A stretch of DNA of 64,000 bases from Spirochaetia bacterium (GTDB taxonomy: Bacteria > Spirochaetota > Spirochaetia > UBA9216). Position 1 is the stretch's first letter; each line of letters starts with the position of its first letter. Below are positions 50,122-59,416 of the stretch, piece after piece. The translations under genes and the position numbers were made by a program. Below the pieces are notes generated by a model. It searched no databases and was not told the origin of the DNA. It saw only the letters and a program-made list of their open reading frames with translations. The DNA is taken from NCBI GenBank assembly GCA_963677925.2, contig CAXXYH010000004.1:672001-736000 (forward strand), in the 5' to 3' direction.

Positions 50122-50847
50122 ATGAAATTAAAAATCAAAATTGCAGCTGTCATAGCTCTGATAGCTGCTGTCTATGGATGTGAATGGTTTAGTGCCGCAG
50201 ATACTGCTCTGGAAGAGGCTGTGCAGGGAACCTGGCTGATTTCTGTTCCGAGTGCTTTGATTTCAGTTCCCGGGGTAAAAAGAGTTTTTAACGGTGATAA
50301 TTACGAAATTTATTACTATAATACAGACAATTCCAGTTATTATCTGGTTGAATCCGGTACATTTAAATTCAGCGGCGGAGTGATGATTGAAACAGCTGAA
50401 AAATTATACAGCAGCGGAGCTCTAGTCGATGCCGGTGTTGGATACCTCGTTAAATATGAACATCCATCCTTCTATGTGAACGGGAATATTCTCGCCGAAA
50501 TCTCATATACGGGCACTTCCGATGACCTCATAGGTGTATGGACAAAAGACCTTGAAGGTCCCTACTATGCGATGGGAAGTGACGGTTTATACAGATATTC
50601 AGAATACAGGGATTATGTTCTTGAATTTGACTCGAATTCGGGACATGCGGATTACACAGGTTCTATATATAGAGAGTCTGGTGAGCTTTATGAAAAGAAC
50701 TCTTATTATAAAAATTATTATGAAGTTACGTATTCAGGAACTGAGTGGTCATATACAGATTATACAGATACCTTCCATGTAAAAAGTAAGATCATCGCTG
50801 AAGAAAATCAAAACAGGCTATTATTTTCATATTATGAAAAACAATAA
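50122..50847 (+). CDS. Tyr-rich lipoprotein of unknown function
   Basis: AVYGC lipobox, SD AAGGAG, two GxW motifs (VQGTW, LIGVW). Confidence 0.75.
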   Translation: MKLKIKIAAVIALIAAVYGCEWFSAADTALEEAVQGTWLISVPSALISVPGVKRVFNGDNYEIYYYNTDNSSYYLVESGTFKFSGGVMIETAEKLYSSGALVDAGVGYLVKYEHPSFYVNGNILAEISYTGTSDDLIGVWTKDLEGPYYAMGSDGLYRYSEYRDYVLEFDSNSGHADYTGSIYRESGELYEKNSYYKNYYEVTYSGTEWSYTDYTDTFHVKSKIIAEENQNRLLFSYYEKQ

Positions 50848-50866
50848 ATTCCCCTACGCGGCGGGC

Positions 50867-51091
50867 TTAATGTCCGCCGCACATTCCTGAACCGCAGCAT
50901 CCCTGCTGAAATCCCCCTCCGCATCCGCCGGCACAGTCCGGTTTTACAGAGCCTGTTGAAAATCCGAATGTGCTGAATTTTTTAGTCAGTTCGGTACTCC
51001 CGCAATTTTCGCATTTTATTTCAGTATCAGAGTTCACTAAAAGTTCAAAGTCACAGCCGCATTTGCTGCAATTATATTCATAAATAGGCAT
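50867..51091 (-). CDS. FmdB-family zinc-ribbon protein with a Cys/Gly tail
   Basis: MPIYEYNCSKCG..FE...CENCGS; start corrected to 51091 (SD GGAGAGG). Confidence 0.88.
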   Translation of the reverse strand: MPIYEYNCSKCGCDFELLVNSDTEIKCENCGSTELTKKFSTFGFSTGSVKPDCAGGCGGGFQQGCCGSGMCGGH

Positions 51092-51099
51092 GCCCTCTC

Positions 51100-51417
51100 C
51101 TATAGCCCCAGCTGTTTGCGCCGGTTTGATAATACTGTACCTTCTGCGCATGCAGCCAGATCAAGCACGCAGGGGGCTGTAAGCCGATATTCAACCCTGG
51201 TTCCTGATTTCTCATCATCAACCAGGCCCGCATCTTTAAGCTGTGAAAGATGCTTCGATGCCGCAGATTTGGGTATTCCTGCCTCTTCCGCCAGTTCGCA
51301 TACACACCACGGCTTCTCCTTGAGTTTCTGCAGGAAGTAGATTCTCATCGGATGTGATAATGCTTTAAACATATGTGCCCGCCATTCCGCATGGTCCATT
51401 TCTTCTTTACTGATCAT
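51100..51417 (-). CDS. ArsR/SmtB family regulator
   Basis: FKALSHPMR, CVCEL, SKHLSQLKDAGLV; ATG at 51417 preferred. Confidence 0.92.
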   Translation of the reverse strand: MISKEEMDHAEWRAHMFKALSHPMRIYFLQKLKEKPWCVCELAEEAGIPKSAASKHLSQLKDAGLVDDEKSGTRVEYRLTAPCVLDLAACAEGTVLSNRRKQLGL

Positions 51418-51425
51418 ACTATAAG

Positions 51426-51506
51426 GTTTCAAATTCTGGAAACTTTGTCAATATGAAGCCTATGGGCTATTGACTTTTTTGCTGCAAAGTTTCTTAATAA
51501 GGAAAC
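51426..51506. promoter_or_regulatory. Two GTTTC-N8-GAAAC palindromes in the divergent promoter region (putative ArsR operators)
   Basis: GTTTCAAATTCTGGAAAC at 51426-51443 and GTTTCTTAATAAGGAAAC at 51489-51506, each just downstream of a TTGAC -35 element. Confidence 0.65.
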
Positions 51507-51536
51507 AAAGAAACTTTTTAACTTTCAGGAGATAAT

Positions 51537-51776
51537 ATGAAATTACAGGTACTTGGAAGCGGCTGTGCAAAATGCAAAATGCTTGAGGCTTCAGTTATAG
51601 AAGCAGTTAAAACCATGGGAGCAGATGCTGAGGTAGTCAAGGTTACTGATATTGATGAAATTCTTGACATGGGTGTAATGATTACTCCGGCGCTTGCGAT
51701 TGACGGAGATGTTAAATCATCCGGAAAGGTTCTTACCCCGGCTGAAGTTCAGGATTTTATAAAAGCGGCTCTTTAG
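51537..51776 (+). CDS. Small thioredoxin-like redox protein (MTH895 type)
   Basis: LGSGCAKC, GVMITPALAIDG. Confidence 0.92.
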   Translation: MKLQVLGSGCAKCKMLEASVIEAVKTMGADAEVVKVTDIDEILDMGVMITPALAIDGDVKSSGKVLTPAEVQDFIKAAL

Positions 51777-51794
51777 GAACAGGAACAAAACAGT

Positions 51795-52985
51795 ATGGCA
51801 AAAAAGGAACTTGGTCCGAATAAACTGCTTATCATAACCGCTGCGGTTTTTCTCGCAGTGTATTTTATACCCTTTGACACTGCCCGTGTATCCGGTGCAA
51901 TTCAGGAAGCCTTTCTGATGCTCAGTGATTACGCAAGGGAGCATGTGCTGCTCTGTCTTGTTCCCGCGATGTTTATTGCAGGCGCAATCACTGTATTTCT
52001 GAACCAGCAGTCGGTTATCAGATTTTTGGGGCCGAAGGCTCCAAAGGCTGTTGCCTACAGTGTGGCTTCTGTCTCCGGTGCGATCCTCGCTGTCTGCTCC
52101 TGTACAGTACTGCCCCTGTTTAAAGGAATATATAAAAAGGGAGCAGGACTTGGTCCGGCGGTAAGCTTTCTGTACTCCGGTCCTGCAATAAATATTCTGG
52201 CAATAGTCATGTCCTACAAGGTTTTCGGATGGCAGATAGGCCTTGCCAGAATGGCCGGGGCTGTACTTTTTGCCGTGATAATAGGCCTTGTTATGCAGTT
52301 TCTATTCAGAAAGGATGAAGAGAAAAGAATGGGTGATGAGCGGATGTTTCAATATCAGGATTCCGGTGAAGAAAGAACTCTTCCCCAGATGATGATCTAC
52401 ATGTTTTCCATGATCGGAATTCTTGTCTTTGTTAACTGGGCTAACTCAAAGGGCGGAAGCAGAATCTGGGATATGATTTATAGCTATAAATATTTTATCA
52501 CTGCAGCCTTTGCTCTTATTCTTGTTTTTTCGCTTGTCCGCTGGTTTTCAAAAATGGAACTGAAAATATGGCTGACTGCTACAAGGGACTTTGCCCTGCA
52601 GATTCTGCCCTATCTATTCTTTGGCGTTCTGGTTGCCGGTTTTCTTTTAGGCAGGCCGGGACATGATGCGCTTATTCCGACCGACTGGGTTGCGTCGCTG
52701 GTCGGAGGCAATTCCGTTTTTTCAAATCTAATCGCATCGGTAGCGGGAGCTTTTATGTATTTTGCGACCCTGACCGAAGTTCCTATTCTTCAGGGGCTGA
52801 TTGGCGCGGGAATGGGGCAGGGCCCGGCACTCGCACTGCTGCTTGCCGGACCGTCTTTATCGCTCCCTTCCATGCTGGTGATCGGCGGTGAGCTCGGTTT
52901 CAAAAAGACTGCCGTTTATGTTCTGCTTGTTGTCATACTTTCAACAGCAGCCGGTTTAATTTTCGGCTCGTTCACTGGTCTATAA
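51795..52985 (+). CDS. DUF318/ArsP-family permease
   Basis: EHVLLCLVPA, AVCSCTVLP, SGPAIN, MYFATLTEVP, LLLAGPSLSLP. Confidence 0.9.
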   Translation: MAKKELGPNKLLIITAAVFLAVYFIPFDTARVSGAIQEAFLMLSDYAREHVLLCLVPAMFIAGAITVFLNQQSVIRFLGPKAPKAVAYSVASVSGAILAVCSCTVLPLFKGIYKKGAGLGPAVSFLYSGPAINILAIVMSYKVFGWQIGLARMAGAVLFAVIIGLVMQFLFRKDEEKRMGDERMFQYQDSGEERTLPQMMIYMFSMIGILVFVNWANSKGGSRIWDMIYSYKYFITAAFALILVFSLVRWFSKMELKIWLTATRDFALQILPYLFFGVLVAGFLLGRPGHDALIPTDWVASLVGGNSVFSNLIASVAGAFMYFATLTEVPILQGLIGAGMGQGPALALLLAGPSLSLPSMLVIGGELGFKKTAVYVLLVVILSTAAGLIFGSFTGL

Positions 52986-52991
52986 TTCGTT

Positions 52992-53016
52992 TGAATAAGA
53001 GGCTTCCTCTTATTCA
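52992..53016. terminator. Hairpin between convergent genes
   Basis: TGAATAAGAGG-ctt-CCTCTTATTCA, perfect 11-bp stem. Confidence 0.6.
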
Positions 53017-53035
53017 GACATAAAAAGCTTGCTTT

Positions 53036-53362
53036 TTATGTCCCCTCACAGCCGCAGCCTACATTTCCTTTCAATATTTCCTTCCAGTCGCCTAATACAT
53101 CATGGGTCCAGCAGTCGTCAGCACCGGCTGCTTCTCTCATGACGAGTGCAAGGATATATGAAAGCTCTTTAACTGTAGCTCCAGCATCCATAGCACCTTT
53201 GAAATGTTTAAGTACACAGGGTTTTGATCTTGCCTTGATTGAAAGGGCAAAGCATATGAACTGGTATGTCTTCTCATCGATGGTTCGTTTCTCCCTGTAA
53301 AGGGCATCCATCTCATCAAGCTGCCCGGCAAACTCCGGGAAAAATTCTTCAAGCATCCGCAT
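53036..53362 (-). CDS. Carboxymuconolactone decarboxylase/AhpD-like protein
   Basis: IDEKTYQFICFALSI..RSKPCVLKHFKGAMDAGAT..EL pattern; C-terminal CGC. Confidence 0.82.
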   Translation of the reverse strand: MRMLEEFFPEFAGQLDEMDALYREKRTIDEKTYQFICFALSIKARSKPCVLKHFKGAMDAGATVKELSYILALVMREAAGADDCWTHDVLGDWKEILKGNVGCGCEGT

Positions 53363-53487
53363 TTTATTACTCCTTGACTGATTTTATAATGTATCTATCT
53401 GTTTGGAAACCGGAATTAATAATGTTTGAATTCGGTATCCGGATATCATAAAATTCCTGTAGTTGGATTTTTACGGAGTGTTTGCAG

Positions 53488-54798
53488 ATGAGAAAATTCT
53501 CTTTCAGAGATAACATAATTTTTCAGTATACTGTTGTTTCTTTTTTAACAACCTTGATAATTGCAGTGTTTCTGGTTCTGCTGATGATGGGACGAATACA
53601 GAGTCAGCTTATACGATCACATGGTCAGTTCTACCGTGAATTTATAAGCGCAATCTCTGAAAACTACCGGGAAATACTTCCCGTTTTCAATGGATATGAC
53701 CCTGCCGGAACTGATGATCATGCGGGAACAGAACATGATCATGAGACTGCAGATGTCTGGGATCACTTCCGGCAGGATTTGCGGCAGTATCCTTATATCG
53801 AAAAACTGCTTCTCATCAATAAAATGAATGAAACAGTCTGGGTTTATCCGGAAACTTCCGATTTTGAGAATATTAATTCCGCTGTCAGAATTGGTGATAC
53901 AAATCCGGGCGGTATTAATTATATAATAAATGAGGAATCATCCGACCTTGTTGTGTCTTATTTTCTTCCGGTCAGGGATGGAGAAGAACTTGTTGGAATG
54001 GCCGAGATTAAAATCAGAAATAACAATCTCAGAGACGCTATAAATGAAAGCCGACTTACTTTTGCGGGCTATATCTTTGCCGGCGGAGCAGTATTTTATT
54101 TAAGCGTGTTTCTGCTCTTTCTCCGTCTTTATCTGAAGCAGAAATCCGCACTGGACAGACTTGAAAAAAGCCAGAAACTTACAATTCAGACCATGTCTCT
54201 GCTGGCTGAACTTAAGGATAATGACACAAGTGAGCATGTTCAGAGAACCAGTAAATACTGCCGGGTTCTGGCAGAGGAGCTGGCGCAGAATAGCAGGTAT
54301 CGGAGTTATATAGATGAACATTATATAAAAGATCTGGAACGTTCAGCACCGCTCCATGATATAGGCAAGGTTGGTATACCGGAGAAAATTCTGTTGAAAC
54401 CGGGCAGGCTCACAGATGAAGAATTTTCTGTTATTAAAAAACATCCGCTTCTAGGGGCAAAAGTGCTTAAGGAGGTTATGGACTCTACAGAGTTCCGTTC
54501 ATACTTTGAAATGGCCTACCAGATTGTTCTGAATCATCATGAAAACTGGAACGGTTCAGGATATCCGCAGGGCTTGAGTGGTGAAGATATTTCCCTGTCT
54601 GCAAGAATTATGTCTATTGCTGATGTCTATGATGCTCTGACTACCGAGCGGCCGTATAAGGAAGCTTTTTCGCATGAAAAGGCAGTCGAAATTATTCTGG
54701 GAGACAGCGGCCGTAAATTTGATCCTGCTCTTATTGACTGCTTTATCAGAGTAAATGATGAGTTTAAACGGATTTCGGAGGCAAAGTTTATTTTCTGA
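53488..54798 (+). CDS. Membrane-anchored HD-GYP phosphodiesterase
   Basis: Two TMs with a periplasmic sensor; DTSEHVQR, LHDIGK, HHENWNGSGYP, ADVYDALTTERPYK. Confidence 0.92.
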   Translation: MRKFSFRDNIIFQYTVVSFLTTLIIAVFLVLLMMGRIQSQLIRSHGQFYREFISAISENYREILPVFNGYDPAGTDDHAGTEHDHETADVWDHFRQDLRQYPYIEKLLLINKMNETVWVYPETSDFENINSAVRIGDTNPGGINYIINEESSDLVVSYFLPVRDGEELVGMAEIKIRNNNLRDAINESRLTFAGYIFAGGAVFYLSVFLLFLRLYLKQKSALDRLEKSQKLTIQTMSLLAELKDNDTSEHVQRTSKYCRVLAEELAQNSRYRSYIDEHYIKDLERSAPLHDIGKVGIPEKILLKPGRLTDEEFSVIKKHPLLGAKVLKEVMDSTEFRSYFEMAYQIVLNHHENWNGSGYPQGLSGEDISLSARIMSIADVYDALTTERPYKEAFSHEKAVEIILGDSGRKFDPALIDCFIRVNDEFKRISEAKFIF

Positions 54799-54809
54799 TT
54801 ATTCAAATC

Positions 54810-55925
54810 TCAGTAGGTTTTCTCCAGCCAGGCAAGATAACCTGCGCTGATTTTTTCTGCAGTCTCTCCAGTGACCTGTTCGAAGGCTGAATGAAGTACC
54901 GGCTGCAGAATTGATTCCGAATCTTCAGATTTAGCCCGATCGAAGAAATCCTCACCGGCACAGGCTTCAAGTATTTTACGGTGTACATCATCACCCCAGG
55001 TTTCCGCCATATATTTCACTATCAGCGCCGAAATACCGTAAAAACATGATATTTCCTTCTCGTCTGTCATGGAGGCCATGTCAATACTCTCAAGCTTTGC
55101 GATATTCCAGGCTGCATCAGAACGTGAAAGCCTGCCGCTTTTTATAAAATCACCTCCGAACACTGCACCGTTGCCGTAGTGGACAGCAAGACCTTCAGCG
55201 TACCAGCCTGCCAGATAGTTTCTGCTTATTTTCAGTGTAATGTGATGAACAATTTCATGCCTTATTGTTCCCTCATACGGAGGAATTGCGGGATGACCGG
55301 TCCAGATTTTCAGTGACTCATTTGCCTCTCCCCAGGCGGTGAACTGCCGTTCGATTATAGGGTATGTTCGCTGTCTAAGCAGTTCTCTGTCGGTATACAG
55401 CTTCACCGGAAAGTTCTCATCAACACCGGTGCCGAACAGATCCGATAATATTTCATTTGAATTTATAAGGTACCTTTCAAATGACTGCAGGTTATTTTCA
55501 TTCCCCCTGTAAAAGATTCTGAATCCGTCAATATCATGTCTTAAAAAATCCAGATCACAGTCCAGCCATCTGCCGTCCTGATAACGGTAGACAATGTTAT
55601 AGTTAAAGTCAAAGTTTTCACCGGCATATATGTGTTTCTGATTGATGTGCACAATTACAGTTCTGCTGTCAATCTGCTCGACCCCGGTAATATTAAAGGA
55701 CAGGTTTTGAAAATCATTATTGGCCATATACCAGAACCAGGCATAGCTTTCATTGCGGTAGTAGCTGTCTTCGGTGCTCAGCGTGGACATGTATAAATCT
55801 GAATCGGAGGTATTGATTGCTGTAATTTTATCATTCCATGATTCAGTAAGCTTTTCTTCCACCGAAACACAGGAAAAAAATATTGCCGTCAGAAAAACGA
55901 TTACTGTAAAAAATTTCTTTTTCAT
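54810..55925 (-). CDS. Lipoprotein zinc metallopeptidase (gluzincin, peptidase MA-like)
   Basis: FFSC lipobox; HEIVH...WYAEGLA. Confidence 0.78.
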   Translation of the reverse strand: MKKKFFTVIVFLTAIFFSCVSVEEKLTESWNDKITAINTSDSDLYMSTLSTEDSYYRNESYAWFWYMANNDFQNLSFNITGVEQIDSRTVIVHINQKHIYAGENFDFNYNIVYRYQDGRWLDCDLDFLRHDIDGFRIFYRGNENNLQSFERYLINSNEILSDLFGTGVDENFPVKLYTDRELLRQRTYPIIERQFTAWGEANESLKIWTGHPAIPPYEGTIRHEIVHHITLKISRNYLAGWYAEGLAVHYGNGAVFGGDFIKSGRLSRSDAAWNIAKLESIDMASMTDEKEISCFYGISALIVKYMAETWGDDVHRKILEACAGEDFFDRAKSEDSESILQPVLHSAFEQVTGETAEKISAGYLAWLEKTY

Positions 55926-55975
55926 AATGGAATTATTATAACATGATATAATCCTTCAAAAGGAGAGTAGTTGTT

Positions 55976-56251
55976 TTGTTCGAGATTAATGAGCTGCTTA
56001 ATATTATCATTGACATCGTAAGTTTTTCGTTTCTGCTTATTGCCGGTTCAAAGGTGAATTTTCAGCGTTTTAAGCTCATTATTCTTGCAGTTATCTTTGT
56101 TGTCCTCAGCCATACCGCGACTGTTGTGGAGGGCTTTTTACTTCCAAATTTTTTTAATGTCCTTGAACACTTATTTTTGTTGTCCGCGATGATAACTCTG
56201 CTCTTCGCTGTCTCAAGAATTGCCTTTAAAGGTGAAAGTTCCGGTGCCTGA
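55976..56251 (+). CDS. Small 3-TM membrane protein
   Basis: TTG start with SD AGGAG; three hydrophobic helices; stop codon overlaps the kinase GTG start region. Confidence 0.75.
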   Translation: MFEINELLNIIIDIVSFSFLLIAGSKVNFQRFKLIILAVIFVVLSHTATVVEGFLLPNFFNVLEHLFLLSAMITLLFAVSRIAFKGESSGA

Positions 56252-57197
56252 TATCATTATAATAATTAATGCAGCAGGAATTCTTGCAGGTTTTGCAGGT
56301 ATTTTTCTGATTATAAAAGCGATATTCAGAAAGCGTTTTGTCTGGCAGAGCGGTATTTTTCTTCTGATTCCTGTCCTTGTTCTCATCTTTGTATTTACGG
56401 CAAATGTTTTTGAATATGAGCAGCTATATATCAATATGGATCAGTATGAGGAGTATCTTGAACTGATGATAATTCCTGCTCTTCTTATTTTTCTGTATTC
56501 GCTTGTTACAGAGGAGGAGCTGAAAGAAAAAGTGAAACGTGAGCAGGAACTTGAAAGAATGGTTAAGGAACGAAATCTGTTCATTCAGGAACTGCAGCAC
56601 CGTATAAAAAATAATCTTCAGCTTATAAGCAGTTTTATTAATCTTCAGATTGGTAATTCTGATGAACGTGAAATTATGGATGCACTGGGAGCGGCAGTTA
56701 ATAGAATTGATTCACTTGGTGTTGTGCAGAATGTACTCTACGACATAGATGATTTTTCAAATATCAGGATAGAGTCATGTTTCGGTGAGGTTATAAGAAA
56801 TCTTGTCGGATATTTTGAAATTGATACCCGAGAGACACTTGTTGAGCTCTCTGATAAGGGTATAACTGCCGCGATGGATGCTGTTGTGTCATGCTGTGTC
56901 ATAATTAATGAACTTGTAAGCAATATCTTCCGGCATGTTAAAAGTCATGTTAAGAGATGTGTCATAAAAATTGATGTAGATCGGAGTTCTGACGGTATGC
57001 TTATCTTCAGGCTTTCCGACAATGGGCCTGGATTAAGTGAGAATATCAGCTTTGGGAAGACTCCGGGCCTTGGCCTTTTAATAGTTGATGTTGTGACTCA
57101 GCAGATAGGCGGAACTGTTGAGATAATCAGGGGCCGCGGGACGGAATTCCGTTTTAAAATCCCTGCAGAAGCAAAAAAAGTTATTGAAAAAAATTAA
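56244..57197 (+). CDS. Sensor histidine kinase (3-TM sensor, HisKA_2, HATPase)
   Basis: ELQHRIKNNLQ, NELVSN, DNGPG, GLGL; in-frame GTG at 56244 preferred. Confidence 0.9.
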   Translation: MPDIIIIINAAGILAGFAGIFLIIKAIFRKRFVWQSGIFLLIPVLVLIFVFTANVFEYEQLYINMDQYEEYLELMIIPALLIFLYSLVTEEELKEKVKREQELERMVKERNLFIQELQHRIKNNLQLISSFINLQIGNSDEREIMDALGAAVNRIDSLGVVQNVLYDIDDFSNIRIESCFGEVIRNLVGYFEIDTRETLVELSDKGITAAMDAVVSCCVIINELVSNIFRHVKSHVKRCVIKIDVDRSSDGMLIFRLSDNGPGLSENISFGKTPGLGLLIVDVVTQQIGGTVEIIRGRGTEFRFKIPAEAKKVIEKN

Positions 57198-57250
57198 AAA
57201 GATAAATACCTTATATATGATAAATAATATATTAAATCTGAGGTGTTTAA

Positions 57251-57919
57251 ATGAAAAAATATATTCCTGTGATTTTACTTTTCCTTGTTATCTTTTCATG
57301 TGCCGCTGATGAATCGGCATCCAATACTGAGGCTGACGGTTATATTAAAAACGGTCTGAGATATGTAGAGATTCCTGAAAAAAGCAATCAAATTCAGTTG
57401 AAAGTATACAGGGGGGATTATGTTGTTTTTCAGCCCTCTGAAAGCGATTCCGCTGTACTGAGTATTCCGGACCTGGATATAAGTGAGACTGTTTATAAAT
57501 CATCTGATGACGCAGCCTATATTAAAATGAAAAGCGCCGGTGAGTTTGAATTTACCATCGGGGGTAAAAAGGGCACTGTTACAGTTACAGAATTTGAAGC
57601 TGAAAGCTATAAGGCTGTTTCAGCGGAAGATGCATATAATCTGATTAAGTCGGCAGATCCCGTTATTCTTGATGTGAGAACCCAGGGTGAATACGACAGC
57701 GGGCATCTGGAAGGTGCGGTTCTGATTCCGGTTCAGGTGCTCGAACAGAATATGTCAGTGCTGGAACAGTTTAAAGATGAGAATGTCCTTGTTTACTGTG
57801 CGTCCGGAAACCGAAGTACTGTGGCTTCAAAGCTGCTTCTTGAAGCAGGATTCTCGCGTCTGTATAACATGCGCTACGGTATTAGGGAGTGGCTGCAGAA
57901 GGGCTATCCGGTAGAATAA
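57251..57919 (+). CDS. Rhodanese-domain lipoprotein
   Basis: IFSC lipobox; LDVRT..EY..GHLEGA, YCASGNRS; extra beta-rich N-terminal domain. Confidence 0.88.
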   Translation: MKKYIPVILLFLVIFSCAADESASNTEADGYIKNGLRYVEIPEKSNQIQLKVYRGDYVVFQPSESDSAVLSIPDLDISETVYKSSDDAAYIKMKSAGEFEFTIGGKKGTVTVTEFEAESYKAVSAEDAYNLIKSADPVILDVRTQGEYDSGHLEGAVLIPVQVLEQNMSVLEQFKDENVLVYCASGNRSTVASKLLLEAGFSRLYNMRYGIREWLQKGYPVE

Positions 57920-57930
57920 TCCATCTGCGC

Positions 57931-59223
57931 TTATTTGCAGGTCATTATATCGAGAATGAGTTTATCAGTTTCAGCCATTCCCTGTGACGCGATCACCGCC
58001 AGGTTTTTAATGGTCTTTTCGATGTCCTTCTCGATTATGCCTTCATACTCGGTTACATAGAGATTATGCACTGCAAGGATAGCTGACTGCATTGCTGCGC
58101 TTACAGAGGTTGATACCTTAAGCGCACAGCCGGCTTTTGCTCCGTCGCAAATCATTCCCGCAATATTGCCAATCATGTTCTTGATGGTGTGCTTGACGCA
58201 GTTGGCATCGCCGCCCATCAGAAAAACTACGCCGGCACTGGCTCCTGTTGCCGCTGAGACAGCTCCGCAGAATGCCGAAAGCCGGTCCATGAAGGTTTTC
58301 AGGTGTATTGCTACCAGATTTCCCATAAGCAGAGCTCTTTCAGTTTTTTCCCTGGAAGCTCCCAGCTTTCCTGCAACCGCGGTAATGGGAACAGAAACTG
58401 TGATTCCCTGATTGCCGCTCCCAGAGTTGCTCATGACAGGCATCATACTTCCGGCCATTCTGGCGTCAGAAGCAGCTGCGGCGCGTGACATTGCATAGGT
58501 GGTTATGTCCTGCTTGATTATGTCTTTGTCGATGCAGTGGACAACGGTCTTTCCCACCTGCAGCCCGTAGCTTCCTTTCAGTCCTTCATCGGCAATTGCA
58601 TCGTTAAGAGCTGCTCCGTCAAAAATAAACTGAACTGCCGGACGGATTTTTTCCAGATCGCAGGCTGATGCGAATTCGAATATTTCTTCCACCGTTGTAA
58701 GTACTTCATCATGGGCTTCGGTGAATTTCTGAAGTTCGGCTGTGTTGTCTAGGATGATGTTTTTATCAGCTGCCATGTAGATAAAATTTGTGTGGTGTCC
58801 GGCAATGATGACAGAGGCCTTGTGTTCTCCGGCAAGTGCGACTGCCTCTATGTACAGCTTTTCAGGTGTATCCTTTTTATGGATTGTTACGAAATCTTTG
58901 AATACAAGCTGCTTTGCCTGCTCAACTATGGGTGCTGAAATACTTTTAAGCACTTCAAGCTCTGCATTTGCATCTCCGCCTATTGCTCCCAGGGCTGCTG
59001 CAATATGAAGTCCGACAGTATCTGTGCCGGGGATCCCGACACCCATTCCGTTTTTGATGATATTACCGCTTGCATAGATATCAATTTTTTCAGGCTTTTT
59101 TTTCAGCAGTTCGGCGGCCTTCGCTGAAGCTAGAGCGACTGCAATTGGTTCGGTGCATCCGAGTGCCGGTTTTACTTCCTTCTGAAGAAGTCCTATAAGT
59201 ATGTCGGTTTTATTGCTGTTCAT
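57931..59223 (-). CDS. cyuA: L-cysteine desulfidase (CyuA/YhaM family)
   Basis: PALGCTEP, KNGMGVGIPG, SDARM, NSGSGNQG, LSAFCG, GMICDGAKAGCALK. Confidence 0.9.
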   Translation of the reverse strand: MNSNKTDILIGLLQKEVKPALGCTEPIAVALASAKAAELLKKKPEKIDIYASGNIIKNGMGVGIPGTDTVGLHIAAALGAIGGDANAELEVLKSISAPIVEQAKQLVFKDFVTIHKKDTPEKLYIEAVALAGEHKASVIIAGHHTNFIYMAADKNIILDNTAELQKFTEAHDEVLTTVEEIFEFASACDLEKIRPAVQFIFDGAALNDAIADEGLKGSYGLQVGKTVVHCIDKDIIKQDITTYAMSRAAAASDARMAGSMMPVMSNSGSGNQGITVSVPITAVAGKLGASREKTERALLMGNLVAIHLKTFMDRLSAFCGAVSAATGASAGVVFLMGGDANCVKHTIKNMIGNIAGMICDGAKAGCALKVSTSVSAAMQSAILAVHNLYVTEYEGIIEKDIEKTIKNLAVIASQGMAETDKLILDIMTCK

Positions 59224-59284
59224 AAAGGCTTATTCTATATTCAGATTCAGATATTTACAATCTGTGATTTTGTTTCGCAGTAAT

Positions 59285-59319
59285 AAAAAAGGAACATCCG
59301 GACCTCTGCCGGATGTTCC
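59285..59319 (-). terminator. Intrinsic terminator of the NMT1 ABC operon
   Basis: GGAACATCCGG-N7-CCGGATGTTCC stem with a T-tract on the minus strand; a second hairpin lies at 59368-59386. Confidence 0.85.
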
Positions 59320-59416
59320 AGGTTGATCCATGTGTTATGCAAAACAGATTTTTAAATGTAGATGGAACAGCCGTCAGAGACGGCTGCACCAAATGAAGCG
59401 TTAAGTAGCTTTCTTA

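Noticed and set aside
50867-53362. Selenocysteine (TGA) read-through in the Cys-rich cluster
   Set aside because: All these ORFs end in TAA or TAG and their Cys motifs are complete; no in-frame TGA sits at a Cys position
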